A stretch of 62,000 nucleotides of DNA from Chiloscyllium plagiosum (lineage: Eukaryota): contig NC_057751.1 in assembly GCF_004010195.1 (NCBI RefSeq), positions 8,809,611 through 8,871,610 on the forward strand. The letters are read 5' to 3'. The translations under genes and the position numbers were made by a program. Shown piece by piece: positions 25,698 to 38,349 of this stretch. Every line of letters starts with the position of its first letter. The first letter of the stretch is position 1. The notes below the pieces were generated by a model that did no database searches, had not been told where the DNA came from, and saw only the letters and a program-made list of their open reading frames with translations.

Positions 25698-26099
25698 ATC
25701 AATACAATGTAGCCGTATTTGGATGCTGCCCGCTGCGATTCCTTAATAATCTGCTGTTCGAGAGAAGACCATGAACTCACGCTTTTGTGTACATGGGAGA
25801 TCTTGCTCTTTTCATGGCTTGAATATATGGTAAAGAAGGTAGAGCCATACTGTGTCTGAGTGTTTACTTCAACTAATACAGAAACGAGCTGACATCACTT
25901 CAAACTCAAATCCTCACTCAAGACACAGGCCAAAACCAGTGCTTTATTGTAAAGGATGTCGGTTGTTGGATACTTCACTTTTTTTGCCCAACACTAATGG
26001 CCAGAGTAATTTGGTAGGATCATTTCAGAGGGCTGCTTACAGTCAAATACAATGAAAACTTGTCAAGTGACATGTCAGTCACTGTAGAACAGGACAGAA

Positions 26100-26275
26100 G
26101 ATTTCCATCTCAAATTGACATGAGATATGCTTTTGTGACAAATGACAAGAGATTAACAATCACAATTACTGAAATGAGCTTTTATTGATTGAATTCTATG
26201 GTGGGATTTGAACCAGTGTGCTCAGAGCATAAACTCAAGTCTCTGGATGATTGGTCCAATGGTATTACCACAAAG
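26100..26275 (-). mobile_element. Decayed tRNA-derived SINE head
   Basis: ggtgggatttgaacc is the reverse complement of the B-box ggttcaaatcccacc. Confidence 0.5.
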
Positions 26276-26519
26276 CCATGATAATCCTAGAACTTACAAT
26301 TCTATTCTCACATGTTAAAATAAAAATGATTTTGTGCAGATTTAAATGCCCATTTTAATTTACAGTTGCAGTTCAACAATGGAAATTGCTCACTTCAAAC
26401 GAAGCAAAAACCCAGATGGAGCCAAATTTGCAAAGAGGCAAGAGTAGGATAGTACTCTCAGGATGTTTGTGGTGAGAGGTGAGAAACAAAAGCTTTGGAC
26501 CATTTCACTAGTGGTGCAA

Positions 26520-28020
26520 GCCACTATTTAAGAAAGGGGGTAAGGAAAAGCCAGGGAACTATAGACCGATGAGCCGAACATCCGTGGTGAACAAATTATT
26601 GGAGGGAATCCTGAGGGACAGGATTTACATGCATCTGGAAAGGCAATGACTGACTGGAGACAGTAAACATGGCTGTGTGGGGGAAATCCTGTCTCACTAA
26701 CTTGATTGAGTTTTGTGGACAAGTGACAAAGAGGGCAGAGCAGGGCGTGTGATCTACATGGATTTCAGTACGGCGTTCAACAAGGTTCCTCATGGTACAA
26801 AGGTTCGCAAGGTTAGATCACATGGAATACAGTCATGACTAGCCATTTGAATACAGAACTGGCTCGAAGGTAGAAGATAGACGGTGATGATGGAGGGTTG
26901 CCTTTTCCTCTGGAGTCCTGTAATCAGTGGTGTGTCACAAGGATTGGTGCTGGGTCCACTGTTTCTTGTCATTTGTATGAATGATTTGGATATGAACACA
27001 GCAGGTATAATTACCAAGATTGCAGATGACACCAAAATTAGACGTGTTGAGAACAGCAAAAAAGGTTATCTCAGAGTACAACGGGATCTTGATCAGATGG
27101 GCCAAGGGCTGAGGACTATGTTACGACATGTGGTAAACCCTCCTGCTTAATTTAAAAACCAGCAAAACAGAAACGATTTATCCCGTGCAGTAATTTTGTA
27201 AAAATCAAGTGGACAAAAGCTATTTAAAGGAAAAAATAACTTTACTTCTTAAAGTATAACAGAGAAAAATTAATTAACCACTATTTAGAATTTCTTTCTC
27301 TACCCTATCTTTTAGCTTCACTTCTCTAATACTAGCCCAATAAAACTCCCAATTAAGATTTAAAAAATAACGCTTAGCTCAAATCCAAGCACCGATAGGT
27401 TCTTGTCTTTGAATCTTCCTGTGTTTTCTTTTCTCCTTGTTAGGAATTTCTGCATTACAGGTTACTGGTCGAAATGGTACTTTTTAAAAAGCGATATTTT
27501 TTCAAGCAGTCTACATGCTCGGTTTGGCAGTTCGCATCTCAACTGTTCAATTTTCCCCGGTCTTATACTCCAGAGCATCGCATTGTGTCATTGGTTTTTA
27601 AGATTGTCAATATACTCAATTCAATCTTGATTGGAGTTTGCTATACTTCGGGTGCAATTTAAACTGATTGGCCGAATTAGAATTTGTTTTTGTCTCCAAG
27701 CAACGAACTAATCGAGTGGTTCGACTCCCCCATTGTTTCATTGTTGGCATTTTTAAATACACTTGGTGCTGGGTCCAGTAGTTCTGCTGCTTTTAACTCT
27801 CAAAAGGTATGCCCACATCCTCATAACAAGTAGCAGATGGGAGTTTAATTTAGATAAATGTGGGGTGCTGCATTTTGGAAAAGCAAATCAGGGCTGGACT
27901 GATGCACTTTAGTACTGAGGCCTGGGAAGTGTAGCTGAACAAAGAGACCTTGGAGTGCAGGTTCATCGCTCCTTGAAAGTGGAGTCACAGGTAGATAGGA
28001 TCATGAAGGCGACATTTGGA
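26520..28020 (+). mobile_element. CR1 LINE split by a solo LTR (CR1 parts ~26520-27118 and 27829-~28020)
   Basis: PGNYRP, GVSQGLVLGPLFLVICMNDLD, KIADDTKI. The sequence resumes colinearly (gggctgagg|agtagcagatgg) after the insert. Confidence 0.9.
27119..27828. mobile_element. Solo LTR (710 bp) nested in CR1
   Basis: tgttacga...tcataaca termini (7/8 inverted), 4-bp flanks acta/agta (one mismatch), and precise interruption of a CR1. Confidence 0.85.
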
Positions 28021-28204
28021 TCCCCTCCAGCAGCCAAACTCCTAATTCTAGCAACAGCAACCCATTCAGCACAAACTGGGAAACATATCTGAGACACACT
28101 GCAAGGTTGAAAGATTAAATTGGAATATCTCTTTGGACATTGATATAATGTTAAAGAGTTAAACTGCACTGAGACAACATTCTGGATGTTGGTAGGGAAG
28201 ACAT

Positions 28205-28714
28205 TGATGCAGGAATGCGAATCACCCACACCCCAATTAGACAGTCATTTGCTACTGCTCTCCTGGTATTATCAACTTAAACTATTAAATCTCCTCCATT
28301 CAGAAATGCTTTCTGGCCATCCCCTTAAACAAGGAATGTTGAACCTGTATTGAATCAGAGTCAGGAAATTGTCTCATAACGATTCCCCAGGATAAGGACA
28401 TGAGCATTTGCATGATCTCCAAGGATGGTCTTGTCCAAACATTGTACCTGGCGTAACGTGACTGGGGGTTGTCTTCACAGGCATGTGACAATGGGGGAGC
28501 GGCCAGAGGATCTCCAAGCATGGCCAACTAACCTATATAAAGGGGATTTGTTTTTTTGTTCAATGGTTCACTTTGATTCGACTTCGTGCGCCTGCAAAGA
28601 GGGACATTGAGGGTCACCGAGCTTGTACAAGCTTTAACAAACTTAAACCTTTTGCAGAAATTGGTGTGTGCAAATTGCATCTCATGTGCGAAACCTCAGC
28701 AAAAGAACATAACA
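28205..28714 (+). mobile_element. Probable solo LTR
   Basis: TG...taaCA ends, flanks acat/acac, internal TATA box (cctatataaa ~28532), CpG retained. Confidence 0.5.
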
Positions 28715-29401
28715 ACACTGGTTTGTGCATTTATAACTCGTTTGTCTTTACTAATTTAGCTGTTGGGAAAACATCCAGCAACTTCCATTATCTTCACCAT
28801 TCTGGCTGGGATTCAGGTAAATATTAGGACCAACAAGCAAAGGAAATAGGAGCAGGAGGCGCCATTTGGCCTATAAAGACGACTTTATAATTCAACTGTA
28901 TCTTGCTTATGATACAGATGATGTACCAACAACATAATAAACAGCTACTGTGCTTTAATGTCTTACAAAATATTTGTGTCTTCAATATACTCAAAGAGAA
29001 CCTCCAAGGCCTCTGGGGTAGAGACGTTTCAGCATTCAGCACACCCCAATTGCCAAAATTGTACCTCATCTTAGTCCTTAAGGACCTATCATTTATTCTT
29101 GAGACTTGCTTCGTTGCCAGTATGACCAAGCATTCAAAACTGAAGGGCAACATTGGCCACTTGAAATTTCATAAAAGTGTTACTTTCTTGCATGACTCAC
29201 AGCACAGAGTTGGCATCAAGACTTAAGCACAAAATCTAAACACAATAATTTCCTGCAGAAAACTTCATCATTAAGATGATGACAAGTTGAGGTTGCAAAC
29301 CCCTCAAACCTCAGTTTGAGGCCAGTGACTTAAAGTCAAAACTTGACTTGAGAGCAGCACCAAACATAATATGAAAACAACAGCTCCAATTTAATCCCAA
29401 A

Positions 29402-30645
29402 AGGTGCTGGATGTAGGTTTGCTCGCTGAGCTGGAAGGTTCGTTTTCAAATGTTTCGTCACCATACTAGGTAACATCTTTAGTGAGCCTCCAGATGAAGC
29501 ACCGGCGGTGAAACCCACTTTCTATTTCTATGTTTGAGTTTCCTTGGGTTGGTGAGGTCATTCCCTATGGTAACGTCATTTCCTATGATGATGTCATTTC
29601 CAGTTCTTTTTCTCTGTGTGGAAAATGGGATCCAAGTCAACGTGTTCGTTGATAGCATTCCTGTTGGAACGCCATGCTTCTAGGAATTCTTATGCGAGTC
29701 TCTGTTTGGCTTGTCCTAGGATAATGTGTTGTTAGCAAGTTTTGAGAAGATTTGTAGCTTAGGTTGAGGTTCTGGATGCAGGTTTGTTCGCTGAGCTGAC
29801 GTCCTTTTCAGACATTTCATCACCCTACTCGGTAACATCTTCAGGGAGCCTCCAGACTAAGCACGGCTGATGATTCCTGCTTTCTATTTATACGTTTGGG
29901 TTTCTTTGGGTTGGTAATGTCATTTCCTGTGATTTTGTCATTTCTTATGGTGATATCATTTCCTGTTCTTTTTCTCAGGGCACGGTAAATCGGGTCCAAG
30001 TCAATGTGTTCTGGTTGGAACTCGTATGTTCATGGCATGCCAGACTACTCAAACCCCTTGGCATAATGGTAGCCCACAAACCCACCAACACACGAAAAGA
30101 GCAGCAAATGAACTTGAAAGACCCTATACAGGCAACATGCAAAACTAATGTCATCTACAAAATACTTTGCAAGAATTGCAACTAACACTACATTGGACAA
30201 ACATTGGGAAACTAGCCACCAGGATACATGAACATCAACTAGCCACAGAACGACATGACCCACTCTCACTCATATCCTTACATATGAATGAGGGAGGACA
30301 CCACTTCGACTGGGACATCACATCCATCCTCGGACAAGCCAAACAGAAACATGCACAAGAACTCCGAGAAGCATGGCATTCCAACCAGAATTCTGTCACC
30401 AAACACACCGACTTGGATCCCATTTACCACCCTCTTAGAAATATGACAAAAAATGACATCACCAACCCAAGGAAACACAAACATAGAAACAGAAAGCGGG
30501 CGACACCACCAGTGCTTCATTCGTAGGCTCACTGAAGGCGTTACATAGCATGGTGACGAAATGTCTGAAAACAAAACTTCCAGCTCAGCGAGCAAACCTA
30601 CATCCAGAACCTCAACCTGAGCTACAAATCTTCTCAAAACTCGTG
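29402..30645. mobile_element. Penelope-like retroelement: two tandem inverted 3' copies (-, ~29402-29730 and ~29735-30020) followed by a forward GIY-YIG/pLTR segment (+, ~30021-30645)
   Basis: Forward frame reads KTNVIYKILCKNCN*HYIGQTLGKLATRIHEHQLA...HHFDWD...EAWHS (GIY-YIG endonuclease). Its 3' end is repeated twice in reverse upstream, and each copy has a hammerhead motif. Confidence 0.9.
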
Positions 30646-31619
30646 AATTCGAAAAGGATTTGAGGTTTCAATGCCCTTCTTTTACAGAACTGCATTCATA
30701 GCCACATTTATATACAAGCTTAAAGTACAATGCAGTCCTCTTACTGCCACATGGCTATTAAGGATACAAAGACTACACATGCAAGAATGCAGGAGTCGTC
30801 TCTTTAGACTAAGTGGAGACATACAAATCTCATTTATGTAAACATCAAGAACTGACTTTCTTATAGTGTGGCAAAATGTGCGCAAAGTAAGGATGCCAAA
30901 TTCCAAATCCAACACATGCAATGTACTCTTGACCCTTAACATGATCACGAGGTGCAGATCCCTTCAGGGAACAACTCTCACAAGGCACCTATGAACATCA
31001 GACAGCTGAGGAATTAAGAACTCGATAAAGAAATTTGTCACCAACCTTGCCATCTGATTTCCAAGTGGCGTCAGAGCTAAAATACCAATTTTAGCTTTCT
31101 CAACATTTAGAAACATACAAGGCCATATCTGTGTTGAAGTAGTTGTGGGCTGGACATACTGTTCACCACATCAAATAAAATCCAAGATGCAAGCCAACAT
31201 TCTTGATACAAAGCAATGATCCTTCACTCCAGTGGGTGCACATTTAAATTCACAGGTATTGGGTTCTGAACCTTGCAACTCAAGAATGTTGTTCATTTAC
31301 AATAAAGACCTTCCATTTCAAATTCCCTTAAGGAGGGAAAGAATGTACATGGGAAAGCTAGCTAAAAACATAAGAACAGTTTTATTCAGAGTTTCTTAGT
31401 ATTAAGCAAGATATTATGATACTTTGAAAAGAGGAGTTAATAAGTTGAGGATTTGAGTCCTGTTGACTGCAAATATGGTGATTCGAGAAAACAGGACAGA
31501 CAAACAGAGGCTCCAACTAACACCCAAGAAACCACACAGCATGAATGGAATATTAATGATGTGCACAAAGTAAATTGCATCTCTTTTAAGGTTGAAGTGC
31601 CCTATAAGTGCCTTTTACA

Positions 31620-31780
31620 GACTCTCAAACTCAACATTTGCCTGTACCTTGGTTTTTGTTTTTGCTGCTATTTACATATAATTTACTTATCTATGTACTT
31701 AACAAGGTGATCTGCCTGTATTGCTCGCAAGCTTTTCACTATGCCTCGGTACACGTAACAATAAATTCAATAGAATTCAA
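31620..31780 (+). mobile_element. Rex1/Babar-type LINE 3' UTR fragment
   Basis: Matches 41010-41143 (gactctcaaa...gtgatctgcctgtatt...ggtacac..acaataaatt). Confidence 0.65.
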
Positions 31781-32909
31781 GTCGTAACAAGACACACCGA
31801 CGGAAAAAATGTGTCTTAAATGTCAAGTGTTGTTAAATTGGGTGATATATCACAGTCAGAATTTGCTCAGTTGTCTTCTTGTCAGGACACTCAACTGAAA
31901 CTAAAACACATGGCTCACGAGGGAAAGAGGTGAGACTGAACCATATTCACTATATGGCTCTCTAATTCAGTGATGCTGCAGAATACCAATTTTAAAATAA
32001 AACCTAGACTCTCCACAATGACAAGAACGAGTTCAGATGCAGATTGCAAATTGTTTGTAAGGCTGCTGCTCTGCAATTTTTGACTTTTCAGCAGGTGGTT
32101 TAAAATGAAGGTACTTAAAAATACAAGTCTTAAATTTTCTCACTCGTGCCTTGTATCTCGGGTTCTAAAATCATAACAATCCCTTTAAAGTGTACGAAGA
32201 ATTGAAAGCAAGACAGTTTCGTCAGAAGCACACACTGAAAGCAGTGGGATTGTATTCAAATCAGCTTCAGCATTTTTATTCATCTGGCAATGTTCTGCTT
32301 CTCCTGCCACAACATTTGTCACTATGTAACCAGTTAACTTGGACAAACAACTCATCTATTTTATGTACCCATTTCTGAAGACTGTCTTTCGAGTTTTTTT
32401 CAAAATTCATTCATACAATGTGGATGTCATTGGTGTGGCGTGGCCCAAATCTCTGCAAAAGGAGCCGCCTTCCTGAACAACTGGTGTTTTCATGTGCTGT
32501 TAGCATTCTGAAAAACACAGAATTGCTGGTGCAGAGGACCATTCTCAATGAAGACCAGCAGCTCTCCAGATTCGCCTGCCTTCTCCCCAGTCATTTCACG
32601 TTGTTACTTCAAAAGGAACAAACTAATTCCCTGCCTCCACCACACACTCAGGCAGTATGCTCCAGATCCTAACTATTCCTGTGTATAAAAGGTTCTTCCT
32701 CACAAACTGGGCCCTCTCATTTTCAATTCTTTAACAAGTAGAAATGTTTCAACCTGCTTACTCCAACCACACCTTCATCATGAAGTTGAATACTAAGATC
32801 CAATTTTGACTCAGCATTCTCACCTCCAAGGAAGCAGTTACAACGGGTTGAATTTCTCTTCATGAGCAAAACTCATCTTTTAAAACACTCTTCTAAACCT
32901 AGGGAAAGT

Positions 32910-33258
32910 GGGAGCCTCATGGTACTGTCACAAGACTGTGAATCCAGAGAGCCAGACCACAGTCTGGCGACCCAGGTTCAAATCCTGCCACAGCAGATGG
33001 TGGAATTTGAATTCAATCACAAAAACCTCTGGAACTAAGAGTCTAACGGTGACCATGAATCCATTAGATTGTCAGAAAAACAGATACAAATGCCCTTGAG
33101 TTAAAGAATGTGCCATCCTTACCTGGTTTGGTCAACATGTGACACCAGACCCACAGCAATGTGGTTGACTCTGAACTACCCTCTGGAAACTTCAGGGTAC
33201 ACAAGAATTGCTGGCCTAGCCAGTGACACCCTCATCCCATGAAACAATCCAGAAAAAA
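32910..33258 (+). mobile_element. tRNA-derived SINE
   Basis: B-box ggttcaaatcc at ~32975. Colinear with 15223-15535. Confidence 0.78.
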
Positions 33259-33662
33259 TGCAATCTCAAACGCCTTTACATCACTTTTAAGGGCAGTACA
33301 CAGTACTCCAGCTGAGACATGCGGTCTCATCTAAGTTATTTTCCAAACGGTGCTCCAGAGTTTTGCTGCAGTAGTGAACAGGCAACAATGTTCTGCCAAG
33401 TCAGAAGTTTCGACAACTTGGAAGGAAATATACTGGTGCTCCAGATTACTCATGTTCTTTTGGACACAAAGTTGGCAGTTTGAAGTTGCTGTTGAACAAT
33501 TGTTAGTGACTTGCTGCCATTCATTTTACACTATGTATCAGTGCTGGAATGCAGTGAGTATTTAAGCTGGTGGATGGTTAGCAAGTTAAGTGGGGTGGTT
33601 TGTCCTGGATGAATAAGCGCTTTTTGAATTCTGTTTCTGCTGAAGTCCAGACATAGTAAAGA

Positions 33663-34021
33663 GATCATAGGAACGAGGAGCAGGAGTAGGCCATCTGGCC
33701 CTTCGACCTTGCAGCGCCATTCACTCAGAACATAACTGATCTTTGCGTGGCCTCAGCTCCACTGAGCCGCCCTCACCACCACCTTTAATTCCTTCACTGT
33801 TCAAAACATTCTTAGTTTTAATAATATTTACTGAGAAAGCCTCAACTACCTCACTGGGCAGGGAATTCCATAAATTCACCACTCTCTGGGTGAAGAAGTC
33901 CCTTGCCAATTCATTCCTAAATTTACTCTCGCTAATTTTGAGGTTATGCCCGCTTATCTTAGTTTGACGTGCCAGTGGAAACATCGTCTCTACGTCTATC
34001 TTATCTGTTCCCTTCATCATT
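33663..34021 (-). mobile_element. CR1 LINE 3' end, apparently inserted in an older decayed LINE (~33290-34350)
   Basis: GHNLKI...FFTQRVVNLWNSLPSEVVEA. Closely similar to 52665-53030. Confidence 0.85.
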
Positions 34022-34353
34022 ATGTCGCTGGCAGAGTATTCCAGAGACAGTCTATCCTCGCATGCTGCTGGTTCAAGATGCAGCAATAATAATCCTGCAA
34101 ATGATGAAGGTGGATGGTTACATTTTCTTTGTTGGAGATTGACATTGCCTTGTACTGTGTGGTCTGTGTTCCATTTGTCACTTAGCAAACCAAAGCTGAA
34201 GCATCTCCAGCTCTTGCTGTCCAAAGACAGAGACAGCTTCAGTATCTAATCAGTCACAACTGGGATTGAGCAATGTTCACTTGTGGTTTGTTATCACATT
34301 CTTGACCTTCCGTTGGAAAGGCAATAATGGAAGCAAACAAAGTTGGTTAGCCC

Positions 34354-35420
34354 TTAAGACCACAAGGGATCAGAACAGAACTTAGGTTTTCTCAACCCCA
34401 TTCTCCTACTTTCTCTGCATAATCCTTGATCCTCTTAATACTCAAAAACCTAATCGATCACAGTCTTAAATATACTCAATGACCTGGCCTCCACAGCCTT
34501 CTGTGGCAGTGAATTCCATAATTTCACCACTCTGGCTGAAGATGTTTCTCCTTATCGCCATTACAAAAGGTTTTCCCTTTACTCTCAGGCTATGCCCTCT
34601 TAGAGTCTCTTCCCAAAATTCACTTTCTCCAGGCCATTCATTATTTTGTATGTTTGAATTAGGTCCCACCTCATCCTTCTCAACTCCATCAAGTGTCGAC
34701 CCAGAGTCCTAAAAAGTTCCTCATATGTTAGGCTTTTCATTCTTAGGACCATTCTTGTGAACCTCCTTTGAGCACGCTCCAGGGCCAGGACACCCTTTCT
34801 GAGATATGGAGCCCAAAACTGCACACAATATTCCAAATGTGACCTGACCACAGAGCCTAAAACGCCCTCAGAAGTACATCCCTGCTTTTAGTTTGAAGTC
34901 TTTTCAAAATAAATGTCATCATTGTATTTGCCTTCGTAACTACTGACTCAACTTGAGAAAATCCTGGACGAGAACTCCCAAGTCTCTTTGCATTTCAGAC
35001 TTCTAAATTTTCTCCCCATTTAGAAAATAGTCCATGCCTCTATTCTTCCTACTGAGTGGCATGATCTCACACTTTCCCATGTTGTGCTCCATCTCCCCCT
35101 TCTTTGCCCACTCTCCTAACCTGTCCAAAGCTTTCTACAACCTCTCTGTCTCCTCAAGGCTACATGTTCCTCTACCTATCTTTGCATCCACAACGCCGAA
35201 GTGTTGGTGTTGGACTGGGGTGTACAAAGTTAAAAAAAAAATCACAATACCAGATTATAGTCCAACAGGTTTATTTGGAAGTACTAGCTTTCAGAGAGCT
35301 CCTTCATCAGCTTCAGGAGCAGCACTGCTAAAACTAGTACTTCAAAAAAATTTGTTGTTGTGTGATTTTTAACTTTATCTTTGTATCATCTGCAAACTTA
35401 CCCAGAATGCCCTCAGTTTC
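34354..35420 (-). mobile_element. CR1 LINE, interrupted at ~35199-35378
   Basis: VRSHLEYCVQFWAPYLRKGVLALERAQRRFTRM. KFADDTK resumes after the insert. Confidence 0.9.
35199..35378. mobile_element. Palindromic Penelope-derived mini-element (same family as 25504-25697) nested in CR1
   Basis: aaagttaaaa..atcaca / tgtgatttttaacttt arms. ctagctttc..gctccttcatcag is the reverse of the CTGATGA..GAAAGCTAG motif. Confidence 0.75.
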
Positions 35421-37103
35421 TGAGTGGACTGAGTTTGCCTGACACTTGTATGGCCACTCATCCCCACAGCATGTTAAAAGGATACAAGCTCGAAAGTCAC
35501 TAATTGATGACAAAACCTCCAAAAGATGCAGATCAAAAAGGCCACTGAGGAAATGACAAACTCCTAACTTCAACAATTAGAGACTTGATTCAGCACAGTG
35601 CAAAGACTGATTTTTTTTTCCCCTGATATAACCAAAAGCCACATATTCCACACTTGTAAAATTTCACCTCCATGGAATTCCTGTAGAGAGATCAGAATTC
35701 AATAGATGAAGTGATTTTTTTTGTGGCTATTGTGAATGACTTCTACAAAGTGTGCAACAGCTATGTCTCAACAGTTCAGGGAAATAGACCAAATCCAAAC
35801 CCTAACAGCAGACTTGTTTTTTTTCTCTGCTGCACCAATCTCACATGTCTAACCACCTTCCAAGGAACCAAGGGCATGGAAGCCATCTACAAGGCCCCAA
35901 TCGCATCTCAATGAACTGGTTAACTCTGCAAGATGAGGAATGAATCAATGGATAGCTCAGTTATTTTCCATGATCAGTGCAAAGTGCAAATCCCCTACCA
36001 AAGTTCAAGCATCTCAGCTGGTGCACAGGTTAGTTGTAGAGAAAGATGGCAGGTCAAAGCACGTCAGAGGACCAGTGGGTGAACCAAAGCAGTCAAAATA
36101 ATGGAGCAAAGTAATGGCTTCAGTCAAAATTGAAAGACACACCATATTTTTGGTCACATGGAGTCAAGGCACGGACAGACCATTTTGGACCTATGTTTTG
36201 TCCAGTGATCATTGTGGTATATGCCATCTGCCTTTCTAAAATTGCCATCCAAAAACACAAGGCCGCATTGACAGATTTCATTTCCATAAACAAACATCAG
36301 TCCATAAAACAACCGAGAACATTAATCACCCTCATTCAAATGATCTGAACACTTGTATAAGAATATCATTTATTCAAACTTACACTTCTAGCCAAGAACT
36401 ACATTGACCTGGATATCACAATGGCAGCCAAGTGGATTTATTTGACTTCAGCCTTTAACTGCCTGAAATAAATATCAAAGGCAAGCCAGCTTGCATATAA
36501 ACAGAACAGCATAAAGAGACTGTATTAAGAGTCTCACTGCTGTTGTCTGACTTGAATCAAAATGTCCTCTTAAGTAGACATTTCACAAAGAGATTGCTTC
36601 AAACTGAACAGCTAATTAACTAATCCGTCCTGTAATTTGCACAACCTAACCTTTCATACAAATTTCTCCAAAACTTTGAGGAAAAAACAAGGCCAAAACG
36701 CTAATCATCCACCTCAGCCACCAGCTTCAGTCGTTCAAATCTAGGCCCAATTTTTTCATCAGTTGAGTCGGTCCTAAATTTCTCCTCCTAAATTTGCAGT
36801 ATCTTCAGTTTCCTCAACAGGTAATGATTCAGATCCATACAGAAAGTTAACAATTGGCCACAAATTGACAGTTTATTCTGACATGCTCAGAGAAGGAAAT
36901 TATGCTCTGATTCACTCGTGTTTCACTTGGGCAGGAGGCACACAAATGTATTGTCAAGTTTTTAAGTCCCGAAACACAATGAAGCAAAAGTCAAATAAAA
37001 TAGTAAATGCCAACAATAAACGAATGGGTCAAGCAGCAAGATCAGAGATATCAAAAGATGGATAAAATTTGAGTCCAGATCGAGTAAACCAAGTATACAG
37101 CCA

Positions 37104-37671
37104 GTTAAAAATCACATGACACAAGGTTATGGTCCAACAGGTTTAATTGGAAGCACTGGCTTTCGGAGTGCTGCTCCTTCAGGTGGTTGTGCAGTACACA
37201 ATTGTAAGACACAGAATTTAGAGCAAAAGTTTACAGTGTGATGTAACTGAAATTTTATATTGAAAAAGACCTGGATTGTTTGTTAAGTCTCTCATCTTTT
37301 AGAACGGGCCACGTTAGCTTCACTTCTTTCATTTGTAAATCGCAAAACTTTTTTTTTAAAAAGTTACATTCTCAGATGAACTTTAACAATGGATGTCAGC
37401 CCAGGTAATGTGCTGAAGGTGTTCGCCCCCTGTGTGCTGCTGTCTGTGCCACAATGTTTAGACTGACTGTAACCTGAAAAAATGAATTGACAGAACCTTA
37501 CATGGATTCATGCAGTTTTGGAGCAAAGTACAATGTAACTCAGCAAGTACAAATTCACCCCACAAACGTGTGTGAGGGTGCGCGTGCGTGTGTAAATGTG
37601 CGCAGTTGAGTGTGTCTGGGAGAGTGTATATGTGCATGTGTTAAAGGGGTCTAAGTCAGTGAGAGGGTGCA

Positions 37672-37734
<63 letters not shown>

Positions 37735-37760
37735 TTATGCAATGGGGTCACCTGCAATCA
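37104..37760 (-). mobile_element. Longer 3' fragment of the Penelope-like family that gave rise to the 25.5/35.2 kb mini-elements
   Basis: Begins with the same gttaaaaatcac...ggaagcactggctttcggag block. Hammerhead core carries a 3-nt deletion. Extends into a TG-rich region. Confidence 0.65.
37676..37724. repeat. (TG)24 microsatellite
   Basis: Seen directly. Confidence 0.98.
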
Positions 37761-38349
37761 ATCATATACAGCCAGTGATACACATGGGAATCTTATGGAA
37801 ATCCTGCTGGACGTACTTCTGAACTTCCCATGGGCATCCCCTGCTCTTCGAACCCTCTGTCCAAGTCCAGAATTTGTAGACAACTTTTCTCGATCAACTT
37901 GAACAGTTAGAAGTTAAAAACGTCTGGCTAATTGCAAAACTGATCTCTCAATCACTTAAACTGATCCCCTCTCACCTACAAAACTGACCTTGCAATGGCT
38001 CATGCCTCCCCACCATACCTGACCCGCCTCAAACTCCCAACTAGCCAATTTGTTTGCTCTGATCCACTCTCTGGAACATTCATTGACATTCGTACTGAAA
38101 GTGTACACTTGCCAGACAGCAATTCATACATGCAAACAGGCACATCTTGTCTTTTGAGTTGTGGTTGAAACATGTTTGCCAGGATGCAATTGGTGACGAG
38201 GGATTAGATTGCTGGGCTTGGGGTGAAGATATTTCAAACTTGACTGGCCTCAGGTGAAGTGCCAGATCACTGGAGGACAGCTAATGAGGTTCCTTTGTTC
38301 AATAAAAACAGCAAGATATTTACACAGTTATTCTGACATGGTTGGGACA

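Noticed and set aside
29336..29400. Minus-strand peptide VWCCSQVKF resembling the canonical B55-alpha exon motif QWCFSQVKG
   Set aside because: A stop follows immediately, there is no GAGGGND or DDDVAE context and no phase-1 donor, and the ORF runs out of a Penelope repeat. Treated as coincidence.
32910..33000. tRNA gene (B-box ggttcaaatcc)
   Set aside because: No cloverleaf, and it continues into a body shared with 15223-15535, so it is a SINE head.
37596..37902. Cys/Val-rich ORFs
   Set aside because: Translation of the (TG)n microsatellite.
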